Of a stretch of 64,000 nt of DNA, positions 14,216 to 27,685 are shown piece by piece; position 1 is the stretch's first letter; the number at the start of each line of letters is the position of its first letter. The notes under the pieces are model-generated. The model was not told the DNA's origin. It made no database searches and worked only from the letters and a program-made list of their open reading frames with translations. The stretch covers positions 63,054,001 through 63,118,000 of the forward strand of contig NC_086379.1 of the NCBI RefSeq assembly GCF_036588685.1, read 5' to 3'. The position numbers were made by a program, and so were the translations under genes. The stretch comes from Mytilus trossulus. Its lineage: Eukaryota.

Positions 14216-16371
14216 CAATGCACGAGACAGACTTAAATTAGTCAATCCCAACCTTCATGAGAAAAATGTGACAAACATTTTCAATTTGGCTACTGATGTG
14301 TCAAATGCAGTTAACAGGAAGTTGTTGGGTAATAAATATGAAAACGCATCTCACGGTATAGCTAACTCCAGCTCATATAAATACTCAAACCAAATTTCAG
14401 AAATCCTTGTAATTTTGATCCTGAGAAAGATATCATTTCGGATGGACGGATGGGCAGACTATGCAGAGATAAAACAGTATACCCCCACTTTTTTAAAAGC
14501 AGGGGTATAAAAATCAATATAATATATGTACATTCGAAAAATAACATTTAGAATATACTATATGCACTTGATAAGAATTTTTAATACGAACATAGGGCTA
14601 AAAGCAGATTCTGAGATCATACATTTGAATCCCCGTAATGTGCTGCATGAAACTATGTGTTGTGGTATAAATGATTCCAATCATTTAAACTGTTACAGTA
14701 CATCGGATAAAATGAAAATCTATAAATATCTTGAGATGTTTGCATTTGCCTTAAATGAGTGTGGATTGCTATTTCTGGTTCGATTGTCTAAAAAGGAATC
14801 AAAAGGTATAATGTGAGGGACTGCAGTAATTTCGTGTATAGTTTTGGATAAGAAACAAGTCTGTATCTTACACGCCTAATTTTCAGTGGGTACTAATTTA
14901 AAACTGTCATTATTTAAGTAAATGAACTGGTGTTATGGAAGCGGTTATATCTGAAGCGGGCTTCTCGTTTATGTTCATTTTGTGAAATTTGCTGTTTTAG
15001 ATGTGGATCCCAAATGGTTGACCAATACTCTAAGTTTGGTCGGACAAGAGTTTTTAAATACATAAGCTTTGACTTTATGTGAATTTAAGATAATTCATAT
15101 ATACTGAAATATTCTTCTGTTGAGACAACTTTGTTTCTGGTGTATTTGTTGTGCGACACCCATAACAATAAGATATACGAAAAAGAAGATGTGGTTTGAT
15201 TGCCAAATGAGACAGCTCTTCACAAGAGACAAAATGACACATAAATTAACAACTATAAGTCACCGTACAGCCTTCAACAATGCGCAAAGCTCATACCGCA
15301 TAGTCAGCTATAAAAGACAATGTTAAAAAAAATTAACGGCCTATTTTTAATATGTACAAAATAGTGAACGAAAAACACATATGTTTCACAGTCACATGTA
15401 TATACAGGTTCCTAACTTGGGACACACAAGTCTATATATATCGAGTTATGTAGACCTTCAGGAGTTTCAGATTATTACAGAATAGCATCTGCAAACATTG
15501 ACATTTTTTTAGAGTCACTTGTCACTAGTTTACAGTTTTCTTTAAATATTTCTGGTAGATCAATTATATATTCATTAAATGAATTTGGACTCATATTATC
15601 TATCTCCTTGTAAAACTCCTTTGTAAGTAGAGACACATGGAGATATAGATCCAAACACGTTTAAGACTAATGCAACTTTCTGTTACAGCCGATTGCATTG
15701 AGTGTGTACATAGAGGTAGTATCTTTGGTTAGCTTGCTTGCATTGACTGACCTAATAGGGGCCCTTTCCAGACATGCTTCAGTGATTCACTTTATCTATC
15801 AAAGTCATCTTCGTATAATAAAGGAAAGTCGCAACAAACACATTCTAGATTGAGGTATATTTAAGCAATTGAAGAAACGGCACACCTGGAAAAGAGAGGC
15901 GCGCGAATGAAACCAAAGGGAAATAAGCATTGGAACATAACCTGGAAATGATTTATCTAGCAATCTGCTCAGTCTTATGTTCTATGTTGTATTATGGGTA
16001 CTGATGTGTGTCTGTTGGCCTTTTTTTTTATTGGCCATGAATTTGTCAGGTTTTTTTCGACTTATAAGATTGAATGTCCATTTTGATATTTTTCGCTTAT
16101 ACTTTGTGGATATATTTCACATATTTTCAAAGATCTGCCGTATATAGGTCATAAGCGAGTAGGGTGGGAAAGCTACTTTATAGCTCTTTTTTTTTAGCAC
16201 CAAGGCATCGCCTTTTATTTATTTTATCTATTTTATCAGGGCAAAAATAATGATTAAAATAGATGAAACAGTTTTCAATGTTTAATAGAAACGCAGATGA
16301 TAATGCATTTAATAACATATGTAATAAATAAAAAGCAAGAACACAGCAGATGATTTTATAAACTATAACAG

Positions 16372-16529
16372 TTAACATATCATACATGTTGCTTCTTTTT
16401 TATCACTAGGACAAAACCTCATATCTGGAGTTGATCTTAGATACCATTCTGGCCATGACCCATCGTATACGGGCACGTCTTCTTTCCCACATAAATAGGC
16501 AGCAAATGCTATGCAACAGGCAGTAAGAC
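16372..16529 (-). CDS. MPST: Rhodanese-family sulfurtransferase copy A (divergent MPST-like), exon 3
   Basis: ttttag acceptor; encodes (G)[28 protein letters not shown], the rhodanese C-terminal signature; ends ...EATCMIC*. Confidence 0.88.
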
Positions 16530-17075
16530 CTAAAACAGAAGTACTAAAATTGAGAATGGAAATATGGACTGTGTTTAAGAGACAACAAACAGAATTAAGA
16601 GCAGACAACAGATGAAGGCAAACATGCAATGGGTCTTCAATGCATCGAGAAACCCTAAACCAAAATATATACTAGTTAAATGATAAACTCCGAAATATAC
16701 ACAAGAAACTAAAATTGAAAATCATATATAAGAAACACATATCATAGAACAAAGGATGTTGGGTATCGTTCCAAGACACATGTCTCTTACAATGTGGAAC
16801 ATTTTTTTCTATCTAGGTCGATAAACGGTAACCAGCAAAATAACCTTTTATAGATTGTGACTTGGATGGAAAGTTGTATCATTAGCGCTCATGTAACATC
16901 TTCCTATATCTATTGACAGCAAATATTATCTCACTACATGACAGTCAGGTAGCGGCTCTTTTCGTTGGACTTTTCAAGAACAGGTGTTCAATATTTTTTA
17001 ATTACGAATATTTTAAATTTTTTAACTATCTTAAATATTGTTGAATGGGTCTTATTTCTGTGACTATAACCCCAC

Positions 17076-17365
17076 CACAGTAATTCAGTGGTTGTCGTTT
17101 GTTAATGTGTTACATATTTGTTTTTCGTTCATTTCTTTTATATAAATAAAGGCGTTAGTTTTCTCGTTTGAATTGTTTTACATTGTCTTATCGGGGCCTT
17201 TTATAGCTGACTATGCGATGTTGGCTTTGTTCATTGTTTTAGGCTGTATATATACGGTGACCTAGCTGTAGTTGTTAATGTCTGTGTCATGTTGGTCACT
17301 TGTGTGTCATGTTGGTCACTTGTGGACAGTTGTCTCATTGGCAATCATACCATATCTTCTTTTTT
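17076..17365. mobile_element. SINE-like interspersed repeat, high copy in this window
   Basis: Ends ttgtctcattggcaatcataccatatcttcttttt. Related copies near 430, 895, 5350, 15180, 24780, 37835, 42070, 55350 and 58660. Confidence 0.6.
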
Positions 17366-17585
17366 ATATATAGTATAAAAGAAGGGACACAAAAAAGTTC
17401 TTAACTAATCCTTATACCATGGTCATTTTTATTATCGGCAATTTCTGAGATTATTAGTTCGATTTAAGACAATCGGATTTAAAGTCACTTCCGGTTAGAT
17501 TTGCTACAAATGCACACGAAAGATAAATATTCTAAGGAAGCAAGTAAAAGATCTAATTGGATTATAGACAAGAAACATTGCTTAC

Positions 17586-17744
17586 CTGAAGCACAAGAGG
17601 ATACTAATGGTTTTGATAGATCAATTCCAGTTTCATTGAAAAGTTTTTTAAGCTCTTTTACATCAAGCATAACACCGTTTTCCTTATCCACAATATCTTG
17701 ATAACAGAGATTCTTTGAATATGGTATATGACCAGACTCTAAAC
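17586..17744 (-). CDS. MPST: Sulfurtransferase copy A, exon 2
   Basis: 159 nt; GLESGHIPYS...KPLVSSCAS(G) with the catalytic Cys; AG/GT boundaries, phase 1-1. Confidence 0.88.
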
Positions 17745-19054
17745 CTATAATAAAACAGAAAAGTAAAACTGTGAGTTACTGCTCACTGAGTGATACCCCC
17801 GCCGAAATAGTTCGGCAAACAGGTTGTTGAGTGATGAATCTGAAAACCCATCACATGGTATAGCTTACTCATACATGTACATAAACCCTGAAACCAAATA
17901 TATCAGAAATCCCTGTATTGTAATTCCTGAGAAAATGTGACGTTAATTTTCAACTTGGCTAATTATGTGTAAAATGATACAAGTGTTCGTTAAACGGGAA
18001 ATTGTTGAGTGATGAAGATGAGAACGCATCACACGGTATAACTGACTTATATAAACCCTGACACCAATTTCAGAAATATCATGGCCTTGTCAACTAGTTC
18101 CTGAGAAAATTATGACAAAAATATTAATGGGACAGACTGACAGACTGACTGAATGGATGGACAGACAGAGGTAAAACAGTATACCGCCATTTTTTGTTTA
18201 TGTCAAATCTTATAACATATATATACTTTTGTTCAAACGTAAGTACACAGTAGGAGATCAATGATTATACCAACATTTTTTTTAGTTATTGTAACAGATT
18301 TCCAAAAAAGGGTAATCAAAGCATGTTGAAAATATCATTTGTCCTTTGAAATAAAAAAAGCTATCGTATTTAACATGCAACCAAATATAACTTTGCCAAA
18401 CTTTGAATACCGAGATTTCCGGAAAATCATATTACAGTGGAACTGCTTACCTCGTAGTATTTGTTTTTTTTCAAAGGAATTGAGTTTACTGACTGGTTGA
18501 CTAAGACTATCCTGTCTGAATTTTGGAAGTGCTCATGGAATTGTAAGAGGTTAAATATTGTATATACATTTACAATTCAGTTATTATAAGACATGTCATT
18601 TACGGTTAATGAACGAGCTGAGTCTTGGAAGTATTTGATACTCTGAGAAGAGACAGTTCAGTTAGGCCAGATAATAGAACTATGTCCCCGTACAACTTGT
18701 TTGTATGCTGGAGTTCTGAATGCTTAGTCCAGTAGTCGTCAGTTCTAAAAAGGCATTCATTTCGTAAAAACTTGTTAATAGATGTCTCAATTTTACCTAT
18801 TTTTTCAATTCAGATGGACTATTTTCTTCGTTCCAGTTTTGTATAGTCCTGGAAGTTAGCTTTTTCTTTGGTCGACTTATTGGAGATGTTTGCATTCCGT
18901 TATGAATAATCGATGGTGTGGATCTGTTCTAAAGTGTTATACTAATTTTAGATGTGTCGGAACAACCCTAATATTAAACTGGACCCCTGTGGTGTTCACT
19001 TATCTCTACGCTCGGTGAGAAGCTATAGACGGAACGGCGGACAGTTTACCATTT

Positions 19055-19130
19055 CAATCGTAACTACTCGGCCATTCTCGTTACGCAGTTATTTCTTCGT
19101 GCAACCAGAAAGGCCGAGTTGTTCCGATTG
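19055..19130. mobile_element. 76-bp palindromic MITE with 10-bp TSD
   Basis: tttaccattt|CAATCG...CGATTG|tttaccattt; absent from the paralogous intron of copy B. Confidence 0.75.
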
Positions 19131-19154
19131 TTTACCATTTATAACTTAAAATAC

Positions 19155-19743
19155 CTTCTCTTGCTTCCGGTTTGATTCCCATAAATTGTCCTCCTCCTCG
19201 AGCATCCATTAACTGAAACGAATTATCTTTCAAGTTTTTCACAATATCCTCGTATGACTTTACTAAATGTGGGTGATAAATACCGTCGAATATTGTTTTC
19301 GGAACCTGAACAACTTCCGATGTCGTCGGTAAACCCTCAGAGCACCATTTCATAAAACCACCGTCAAGCACTGACACCATTTCATGTCCAAAAACTCTGA
19401 ACATCCACCAAATTCTTGGAGCAGAGAAAAATCCGTAGTTTACTCCATTATCATAAACAACAATATGAGTGCTATTATCAATACCTAAGTTGCCTACATA
19501 CTGCTCAAAGCGTTTTGTGTCTGGTAACATGAGACCGTAAGGAGAGGATTTATCACAACATTCTTTGATATCAAAATATAACGCTCCCGGGATATGCTTT
19601 TCTTCATATTCTTTTCGACCGTTTCTGTTCGAAGATGGCAAGTGAAAAGAAGAGTCAAGAATCCTAATATCTTTTGGATCTCCACTTTTCATTACATTAT
19701 GCAACCATTCAGTTGTGACCAGAGCACTTGCTTTCGTCAACAT
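19155..19743 (-). CDS. MPST: Sulfurtransferase copy A, coding exon 1 (joined protein 301 aa)
   Basis: MLTKASALVTTEWL...HIPGA.YFD...APRIWWMFRVFGH...LDGG; 589 nt followed by a gtattt donor. Confidence 0.9.
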
Positions 19744-22700
19744 TCTACAAAAGAAAATACAAATGAAAGGCACGACTGTACATGTAAATGATAACTGAAG
19801 TGAACAATCGACTTGTAACGCTCACTTTCAATTCATTATTGTATTGGCTGTTTGAATTGTAATGCAAGATTTCATGTTTTAAGCAAGGAAATTCTATATA
19901 AACTGAAATAGGTCTTCAATAACTACAATACTGGAAACTATCAAGAAACCTGTTATACCCGGCCATGATTGTCAGCCTTCAATTGCACTGCTGTGGCATC
20001 AATTTTAGGATGGGTTCCATTGTACTGTTGGATCAAACACATGCAGCCTGCATGGTAACCAAATGCCGTCAAATATCTTAGTACGGTAAAGTTGATTGCA
20101 GTTTTTGTCATGAGTTGAACACAATCCCCTAATACAGTATATACAGTCAACCACTAAAACACAAACTCATGAGTACCACACACAGGGGCGGATCCAGCCA
20201 TTTTAAAAAAGGGGGTTCTCAACCCAGGATAAAGGGGGGTCCAGCTATACGTCCCCATTCAAATGCATTGATCGGCCCAAATTCGCTAAATTCGATGTGT
20301 TTTATGACCATTGCCTGCTTTACTCTTGTAGCTTTTTTTCATTTGTCCTATTGAATAGTCGATAACCATGATAACTAAAGAAGCCATGATCAAAGACAGA
20401 ATTGATAAATGTGTCGTACTGACGTAAGGGACATAACTCTATGCATATTTTAACTAATTAAATAAAACTTGCTAACTAATAATTTAATTTAAATATAAGA
20501 TCAAAAGTCAATTCAAAATGTTTAAACACTTTTGTAAACAAACTGACTAGTCCAGATAATTATGACATCTTGAAAGGCTCTTATATTAATTTTTGTTTAC
20601 GCCTTACATCGTCGAAGGCATTGGAAGGCGCTGAGACTACTATAACTAGTAGTCTCAGGAAGGCGTCAAAGCAAAAATATAAAATAACCTTCAAAGACGT
20701 CATAATTATTTGGACGAACTGAAATCCTGCGGAAAAGTGTGGCTTTCAAAACCTAATTTATGAACTAAATATGCAATCTACATACAAAATATAAAATCAC
20801 AACTTACAGAATAATAAATTAGAAAATAAGGTTTCATGTCTATATGTTATGAAGCTTTCGATACTAAATATTGCTCAATCAATAAGTAACTTTGAAACTT
20901 TTACATACAATATGAATTATTTTCGGACTTTCACTAAACTTTTGAAAATAACTATTTTAAAATCACCTATATATTTCTAAACATAGAATCGATGTGTATT
21001 TAATAAATTCTTGAAAAGTTTATCAATTATTTACATAAAAAAAAGTATCGCGTCCTAAGCGTAACCAACACAAAAATAATTAATCTCAATGGAAACGAAA
21101 TAAAAGGATTTTAATCTATGCAAAATATATACAATTAATCTTAAGTGAAATTGATAAAAATAATTTTAGTTCAGCTTTACCAAAAATATAAAGTAATTAA
21201 AACGCTTTAATTCAAATGAGACAAAAATACAAAAAAATATAATTCAACTTACCTGGTGTAAAACAAGAGAAATTCGGGTAAATGAAGATGTTTATTCTTG
21301 TAAATCAGTAATCAAAGTAACCGTTGGAAACCTTAATTTTTTCCGTGCGGGCGTGGTCAAATGATCACTGATTTCTTAACTTTCTCCTGTTTTCACCAAT
21401 CAAAATTTACCTTTTATCACCTTGACCACGACCTATTTTCACTGGTTGGTCAATAATCAAGTCATGGGTGACAGGTGTTATAGTTAACAATTTCACACAT
21501 GAGTAACAGGAAAAGGTTATTTACAAAACCCTTAATTTACATGTAAGGTACATAATCCAAATTAAATCATTTAGAACTTATATGTCTCTTTGTTATCTTG
21601 CTTAATTACGGAATCTAGATATTTAAGTTGTATGTCATTCTTCTTTATTTGTTATGGTAAAATTATGAATTGCCAAAGACAAAATTTTAGGTATAACAAA
21701 TGTAAAACATTTATTTTTAGAACATCAGACATAAATATCAGGAGCAATTTTACAATACGTAAGAACATATTAACTTAGCCATTCGTTAACACGACTATAG
21801 ACATGATAAAGGTGAAATATTTTTCTCATCTTTCTGAAAGACAAGAGCATTGGTGAATTACTTTCCTTTTTGTTTTTTGTGTACAAGCATACAAATAAAG
21901 GCAACAGTAGTATACCGCTGTTCGAAACTCATAAATTACAAAACCGGGTTACAAACTAAAACGGAGGGAAACGTTGAAACATTGAAAAGAAATGTAAAAT
22001 AATACCATTAGCTTTGTAACTATTAGCTGAAAGACTATATAATATTACAGGATGCATGTCACTAAAATAACTGACTAATTTGAATAAAACAAAGCATATG
22101 TTTATAATTTATAAATTTGTAAACATTAAATAGATTTGAACTTATATCACTACCCTTGTTTCCGACTACTGTGCCTATAGAGATATATTCAGATATATAT
22201 AGAAACGTTTTAGACCAATCAAACTTTCGTTTTAGGTTTTTCTTTTTACCCAAACAATCAATGTAGGATACTTAACCAGTCAGTCTGAACCATAAGGAAT
22301 TCCTATCTATATATATATATATATATATATGCGAATTGAAAAAGTCTTATATCATACATTGACATTTTGATGCAATAAAACACAATGAATTTAAATTGGT
22401 CCTTAGAAAAGAAAGAAAAAGACGTATATAACTATGGTTTCTGTTAAAAATTATGTTAAGCTCTATCCTTTGAGAAACACTCAAACTTTCAAAATCACAT
22501 AGAATATTCAGTCATGTGCCATTTTTCGACAAAGACGGTATAATTTAGTCACGGCATTATCAGAAGTGCATTGTGTATGTCATGATTTTGGTTGACAGCC
22601 CAAGAAACACATTTAGATCTGGGACTTTTACTAGAACTAAAGATTGAAAGACTTTTTGATAAAAAAAAAATTCTAGCGTGACATAAATTCAGGGAAACTT

Positions 22701-23301
22701 CTCCCCATCTTTTTCGATAGCAAAGTTCTATTTTAATGAAGTTTTGATAAAAACATACCTGCTAAAATTTTCAGTATTACACCGATGTATTTTACTGACT
22801 GTGTCGACAATACATTAACCCAGTCATATAACTTTTCATAATACAACATTTAGCAGGAAATAGTGATAGAAATTGTGTATTTGAATGGATGTATTTTCGG
22901 CCGTAACAACCAAACAGAAGCCGAACAGGGTAGGGAATTGGGTCACTAATCTGATCTGGTATTAAACTTTGCAATTGTCCAAACTCGATTTTCAAAGTTG
23001 AAAATTTTATCCTAAATTTGTCAACAAATGTTAAGGATCATTTATAAATGTCATTTTACTTGTAATCGTGCATGTATCAAAATTCCGTGTCCAGGCTTTA
23101 TACAAGGTTGTAACCAAAGCAAAGCACAGTATTTGAATCGGCTTGTTTTACTTGCAATTTTGAGCTTTTTCAATTTTGCTTGATAAAAATTATCGCCCAC
23201 GTTGTACTTCTTAAAGGTATATCCTACAAATACGGCATTTTCTGCTTATCAACACTCGTGGCACTTATTTGGATAAAAAGAGGTCAAGTAACGAAAAGAA
23301 A

Positions 23302-23488
23302 ATGTCTGCCATAACATTTGTTTTGTTATCATTTATCAGTGTTTCTTCTGGACTTCTTGAAGGTTTACCATCTCAAGAGGAGCTGCATAGTGACGCAACT
23401 CTTCAGCTTCTCATATCGGAAGTTACTAGACTAAGCAATGAACTCAAAGAGGCTCAGGAGAAAATTACCACATTGGACAAACAAGTCG
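23302..23488 (+). CDS. Secreted C1q-domain-containing protein, exon 1 (signal peptide and short coiled coil)
   Basis: MSAITFVLLSFISVSSG hydrophobic signal, then heptads LISEVTRLSNELKEAQEKITTLDKQV; G|gtaaaa donor, phase 1. Confidence 0.85.
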
Positions 23489-23739
23489 GTAAAAAACACT
23501 TCTTAAGACATCTACTCTCGTGATCTCTTTTTCTTTCGAGAAATTAACATCTCATACAATTGGTTTTTTTATCGTTTATTCTACTTGATTTTTATAAATA
23601 TTTAAAATTATATTATTGTTTATTTCAATACAAAAAAAAATAAAATTACTGTTATGTGTATTCTTAAACAAATTTAAATGTTCCAAAACAAAGGGTACTA
23701 AATTTACTTTCAAACGATTGTCAGTGTTTTATTTTCCAG

Positions 23740-24191
23740 ACAAGCTAACGAATAAAGATCGTGACATTGCGTTCTTTGCTTACCTAGGACCTGGTTTGGT
23801 AAACCCTAGTCCTGGAACAACAATAGTTTTCAATGAACCAATGACGAATTCAGGCAACAATTATGATCCGCAACATGGAGTGTTCACGGCCTCTGTCAAT
23901 GGAACATATAATTTTCACCTAATTGCCGCCTCCCCCGAGAACAGCGACCCATCCCATCAGTTGCATCTATACATCACAAAGAACAAGCCTGGATCCTACG
24001 TGTCATATGGTTGGTTGGATAGAACGACAGACCATTGGGTACAGACCAGTGCTTCTGCTGTTCTTCATTTGATTCAAGGAGACAGGATTTGGGTCGAAGT
24101 TGGGACAGTCGTAGGCTCTCACACCCTTGCAGGACACAGCGATAACAGACCACACACATATTGGTCTGGTTTTCTGATCCATGCTGATTAA
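23740..24191 (+). CDS. C1q-domain-containing protein, exon 2 (globular C1q domain; 212 aa total)
   Basis: ttccag acceptor; IAFFAYL..TIVFNEPMTNSGNNYDPQHGVFTASVNGTYNF...LHLIQGDRIWV...WSGFLI; AATAAA at about 24203. Confidence 0.92.
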
Positions 24192-25586
24192 AACATTTAT
24201 CAAATAAAACAACTAAAGATTAATATTGTTAACCTTTCTTAGATCATTGATTTCATTTCCATATTTGTACATCACTTGTTTTTGTACTGCCCATCGGCGG
24301 ATCCATAGTAATGGGAGGGAGGCGCCCACCCCCTTTTTGTGTGAAAATTTTGTTGATTATATAGGGAATCACTGAAGCGTTTTAGGAGTGGCCAACAGTA
24401 TTTTGAAGTCTAGCAAAACAAAATTCGATAGAATCATTTCGATTCTGATAGGAATATTTAGACCTTTTGTAATGCAAAGCGGACCTACAATACACATTCA
24501 AAAGGCAACCATTTTGATTTGGTGAATCAAAGACTAAACTAAAAATATCAACATATATATACTCAATATAATTTAAATAAATTACATATATACTGAAACT
24601 TACTTTTAGAATAATTACTTTTTATATTATATTTCATATATAGCGAGCAAGCTTTTAAAAACAACAAAACTGTCCGTTTCGACGTTGTTAAGACTATAAC
24701 TGACGTTGCAATTTCAATGTTTTGTCATAATTTTGTTTAGCTTAATGTTTGAAATAAATCAGTATAAATCATGCCGCTGATTTCCTCGTTTGAATTGTAT
24801 TCAGGAACGTTTATAGCTGACTATACAGTATATATGAGTGTTGATCATTGATGAAGGCCGCATTGTGCCCTACATGCATGCAGTTGCTTACATCCAAGTC
24901 ATTTGGATTCTAGTTGAAAATTGTCTCATTGACAATCATATGTACGTCTCCTTTTTTATATACTAGTAAATACGAAAACATTTTAGTTGCTGAAGCATAT
25001 AATTCCCCTTCATCTATCAAAGTCACATTGGTAAAGGAAAGTCACAACAAACACAATCTAGTTTGTGGTATATTTAAGTAATTGAAGAAACGGCACACCT
25101 GGAAAAGAGAGCGAATGAAACATTTACTTGGAACAAAACCTGGAAATGACTAATCTAGCAATCGGCTCAGTCTTTAGTTTTGTATGTATTGTTTCGGGTG
25201 CTGTTTCGTGCCTGTTACCCTTTTTCTTTAATAGCCATGGAGTTATCAGTTTATTTTCGACTTATCAGATTGAATGTTCATTTGATATTTGTCGCTTCTA
25301 TTTTGTGAATACATTTGACAGATTTTCATTTAATCGACGAGGTTCTAGTATTTGGACTAATAAACGAGTAGGGTCGAAACACTACTTTATAGCTTTTATT
25401 TAGAACCAAGCCATCCCCTTTTTTCTATTTCATTTATTTTCATCAGGGCAAACACGATAATTAAAATAGCTGAAACAGTTTTCAATGTTTAATAGAAACG
25501 CAGACAAGAATGCATTTAATAACATATGTAATAAATAAATAGCAAGAACACAGCAGATCATTTTATAAACTATAGCAGTAAACGTA

Positions 25587-25732
25587 TCATGTAGATTCTT
25601 TTTTATCACTAGGACACACTCTCATATCTGGAGATGATCTTTGGTACCATTCTGTCCATGACCCATCGTATACGGGCACGTCTTCTTTCTCGCACAAATA
25701 GGCAGCAAATGCTGTGCAACACGCAGTTACAC
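25587..25732 (-). CDS. MPST: 3-mercaptopyruvate sulfurtransferase copy B, exon 3
   Basis: (G)[28 protein letters not shown]...KKEST*; ttttag acceptor. Confidence 0.88.
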
Positions 25733-25936
25733 CTAAAACAGAAGTAATAACATTGAGAATGGAAAAAGGGAATGTCTCAAAGAGACAAAACCCCGACTAA
25801 AGAGCAGACAACAGCCGAAGGCCACCAATGGGTCTTCAATGTAGTGACGTGCTTAAGCTGGCCCCTAAACAAAAAAGTATATACAAGTTCAATGATAATA
25901 GACGTAAAACTAAACTCCCGGTAAAATATACAAAAG

Positions 25937-25962
<26 letters not shown>

Positions 25963-25967
<5 letters not shown>

Positions 25968-27672
25968 TAATTCAGTAACTGTATCAGTTTATTTTCACAA
26001 ACTGATCCACGCTTAAATAGATTGAATGTTGATTGTTGCTATTTTTAGACATTATATATTCATGTTTTTGACCACACTGTAAAACCTATTTTATTATATG
26101 GTAGCGAAATATGGGGGATGTTTAATTCTCTTTCCTCTAAATGTAAGAAGGAAGATATATCTTTTGAAAAATTATATTCAGGTTTACCCTGTGAGAAACT
26201 TCATATAAAATTTTGTAAATTTATGCTTGGGGTACACAAGAAAACAACAAATGCTGCAGTGTTATCTGAACTTGGAAGATTTCCAATATATTTTAATATT
26301 ATAAAAGGAATGTTATTGTACTGGTATAGATTAGAGAATTTAGGTAATAATTTTCCTCTATTAAAAGAGGCATATACACAATCAAAGACACTACATCACA
26401 TGAATATAACATCATGGTATGGTTCAATAAATGTTGTTTTTAAAATACTTGGTATTGACTATACAAATGCCATAAATGCTCCATTTTGTGAATCCTTATA
26501 CAAATTTAAGAAATATATACAAACCAAGCTATCAATATTGTTTATTAGCTGTTGGAAAAAACAAATAGATAAATTTTCAGACAGTAAACTGAAAACCTAC
26601 CTTTTATATAAAACAAATTTTGGTTTTGAAAAATATCTAACATCGATCAAGAATTTTGAACTTAGAAGAAGTTTTACTAAATTACGTGTATCTTCTCATA
26701 GATTACAAATATAATTAGGTAGATATCAGGGTATTCCCCGAATTAACAGAATATGTAATAAATGTTCTTCCAATACTGTCGAAGATGAGGCTCATTTTCT
26801 ATTTGATTGTAACAAATTTGAGGATGATAGGAATTGTATGTTAGCTAGTATTGCACAATATAATTCTTATTTTAATCATATGAACAGTCAAAGCAAAATT
26901 ATCTGGTTATTTAGAGTAGAAAATGTTGACTTACTTAAAAATAATATGTAATTTTATATACAAACATCTTCCTTAGTGAAGATTAGTTAAAGGAAATCTA
27001 TGTGCGTATATACATTTGATTGGACATAGAAAATTATATTCATCTGAATATCACAAACATACTAGCCGATTAAAAAAAAAAAGTAATTGTTAAGATATAT
27101 TATTTATTCAAATGTTCTCTTATATCCTTGAGGCATCGTCCCCTGGTATCAACTGCATTCAAGTTACCTATGATGCTTCCTTGTTTGCATTTGATACAGG
27201 TAGGAAAGAGACATTTACACACATTTACATGACTATGGCCCATAAGGTATCGCCCCCTGGTGTCAGCTGCCTTTAGGAAACCATAATGCTTTCCTATTTG
27301 CTGCTGACACAGGATGAGTCATGGACATGTTTAATTTCTACTTTCTTTTTGGCTAATTATTATATATTTAATTGATCCAACTTTTTGTGTACTATACATA
27401 TGTGGATATCTATTTTTCTTTTTTTTCTTTTTGGGCTGCTTGTTTGTTATCTATATCAACCACACTTGCAATAAAATGCATTAGTATTAAAAAAAAAACA
27501 TACTATAGATTCTTTATCTATGTATTCTTTAAGAACTTAAATAGTTCTCGTTTAACTTTTCTTTTTTTTTTATCTCATTGTTTGTATTGTATTATGAAAA
27601 AATTATTGATGTTGTAATGTTTATGCCCTTTGGGGCCCATAATTGGAAAATAAAATATCTTATCTTATCTTA
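25963..27672 (+). mobile_element. 5'-truncated non-LTR retrotransposon (CR1/L2 group) in intron 2 of MPST copy B
   Basis: ORF2 C-terminal motifs PILLYGSEIWG, ELGRFP, LRVSSHRLQI*LGRY...RIC..C...EDEAHFLFDC with an in-frame TAA at 26712. The 3' end is AATAAA plus (ATCTT)n, and the element sits within a (TA)n tract. Confidence 0.85.
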
Positions 27673-27685
27673 TATATATATGAGA

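Noticed and set aside
19932-19966. Possible upstream coding mini-exon (MAGYNRFLDSF) for MPST copy A
   Set aside because: It would join in frame, but the donor is weak (gtattg) and I found no matching ATG in the similar copy B segment. A stronger donor at 21252 suggests a non-coding leader instead. Unresolved without RNA data.
26118-26714. 198-aa ORF as a host gene
   Set aside because: It is a LINE ORF2 C-terminal fragment with a premature stop and a retroelement tail
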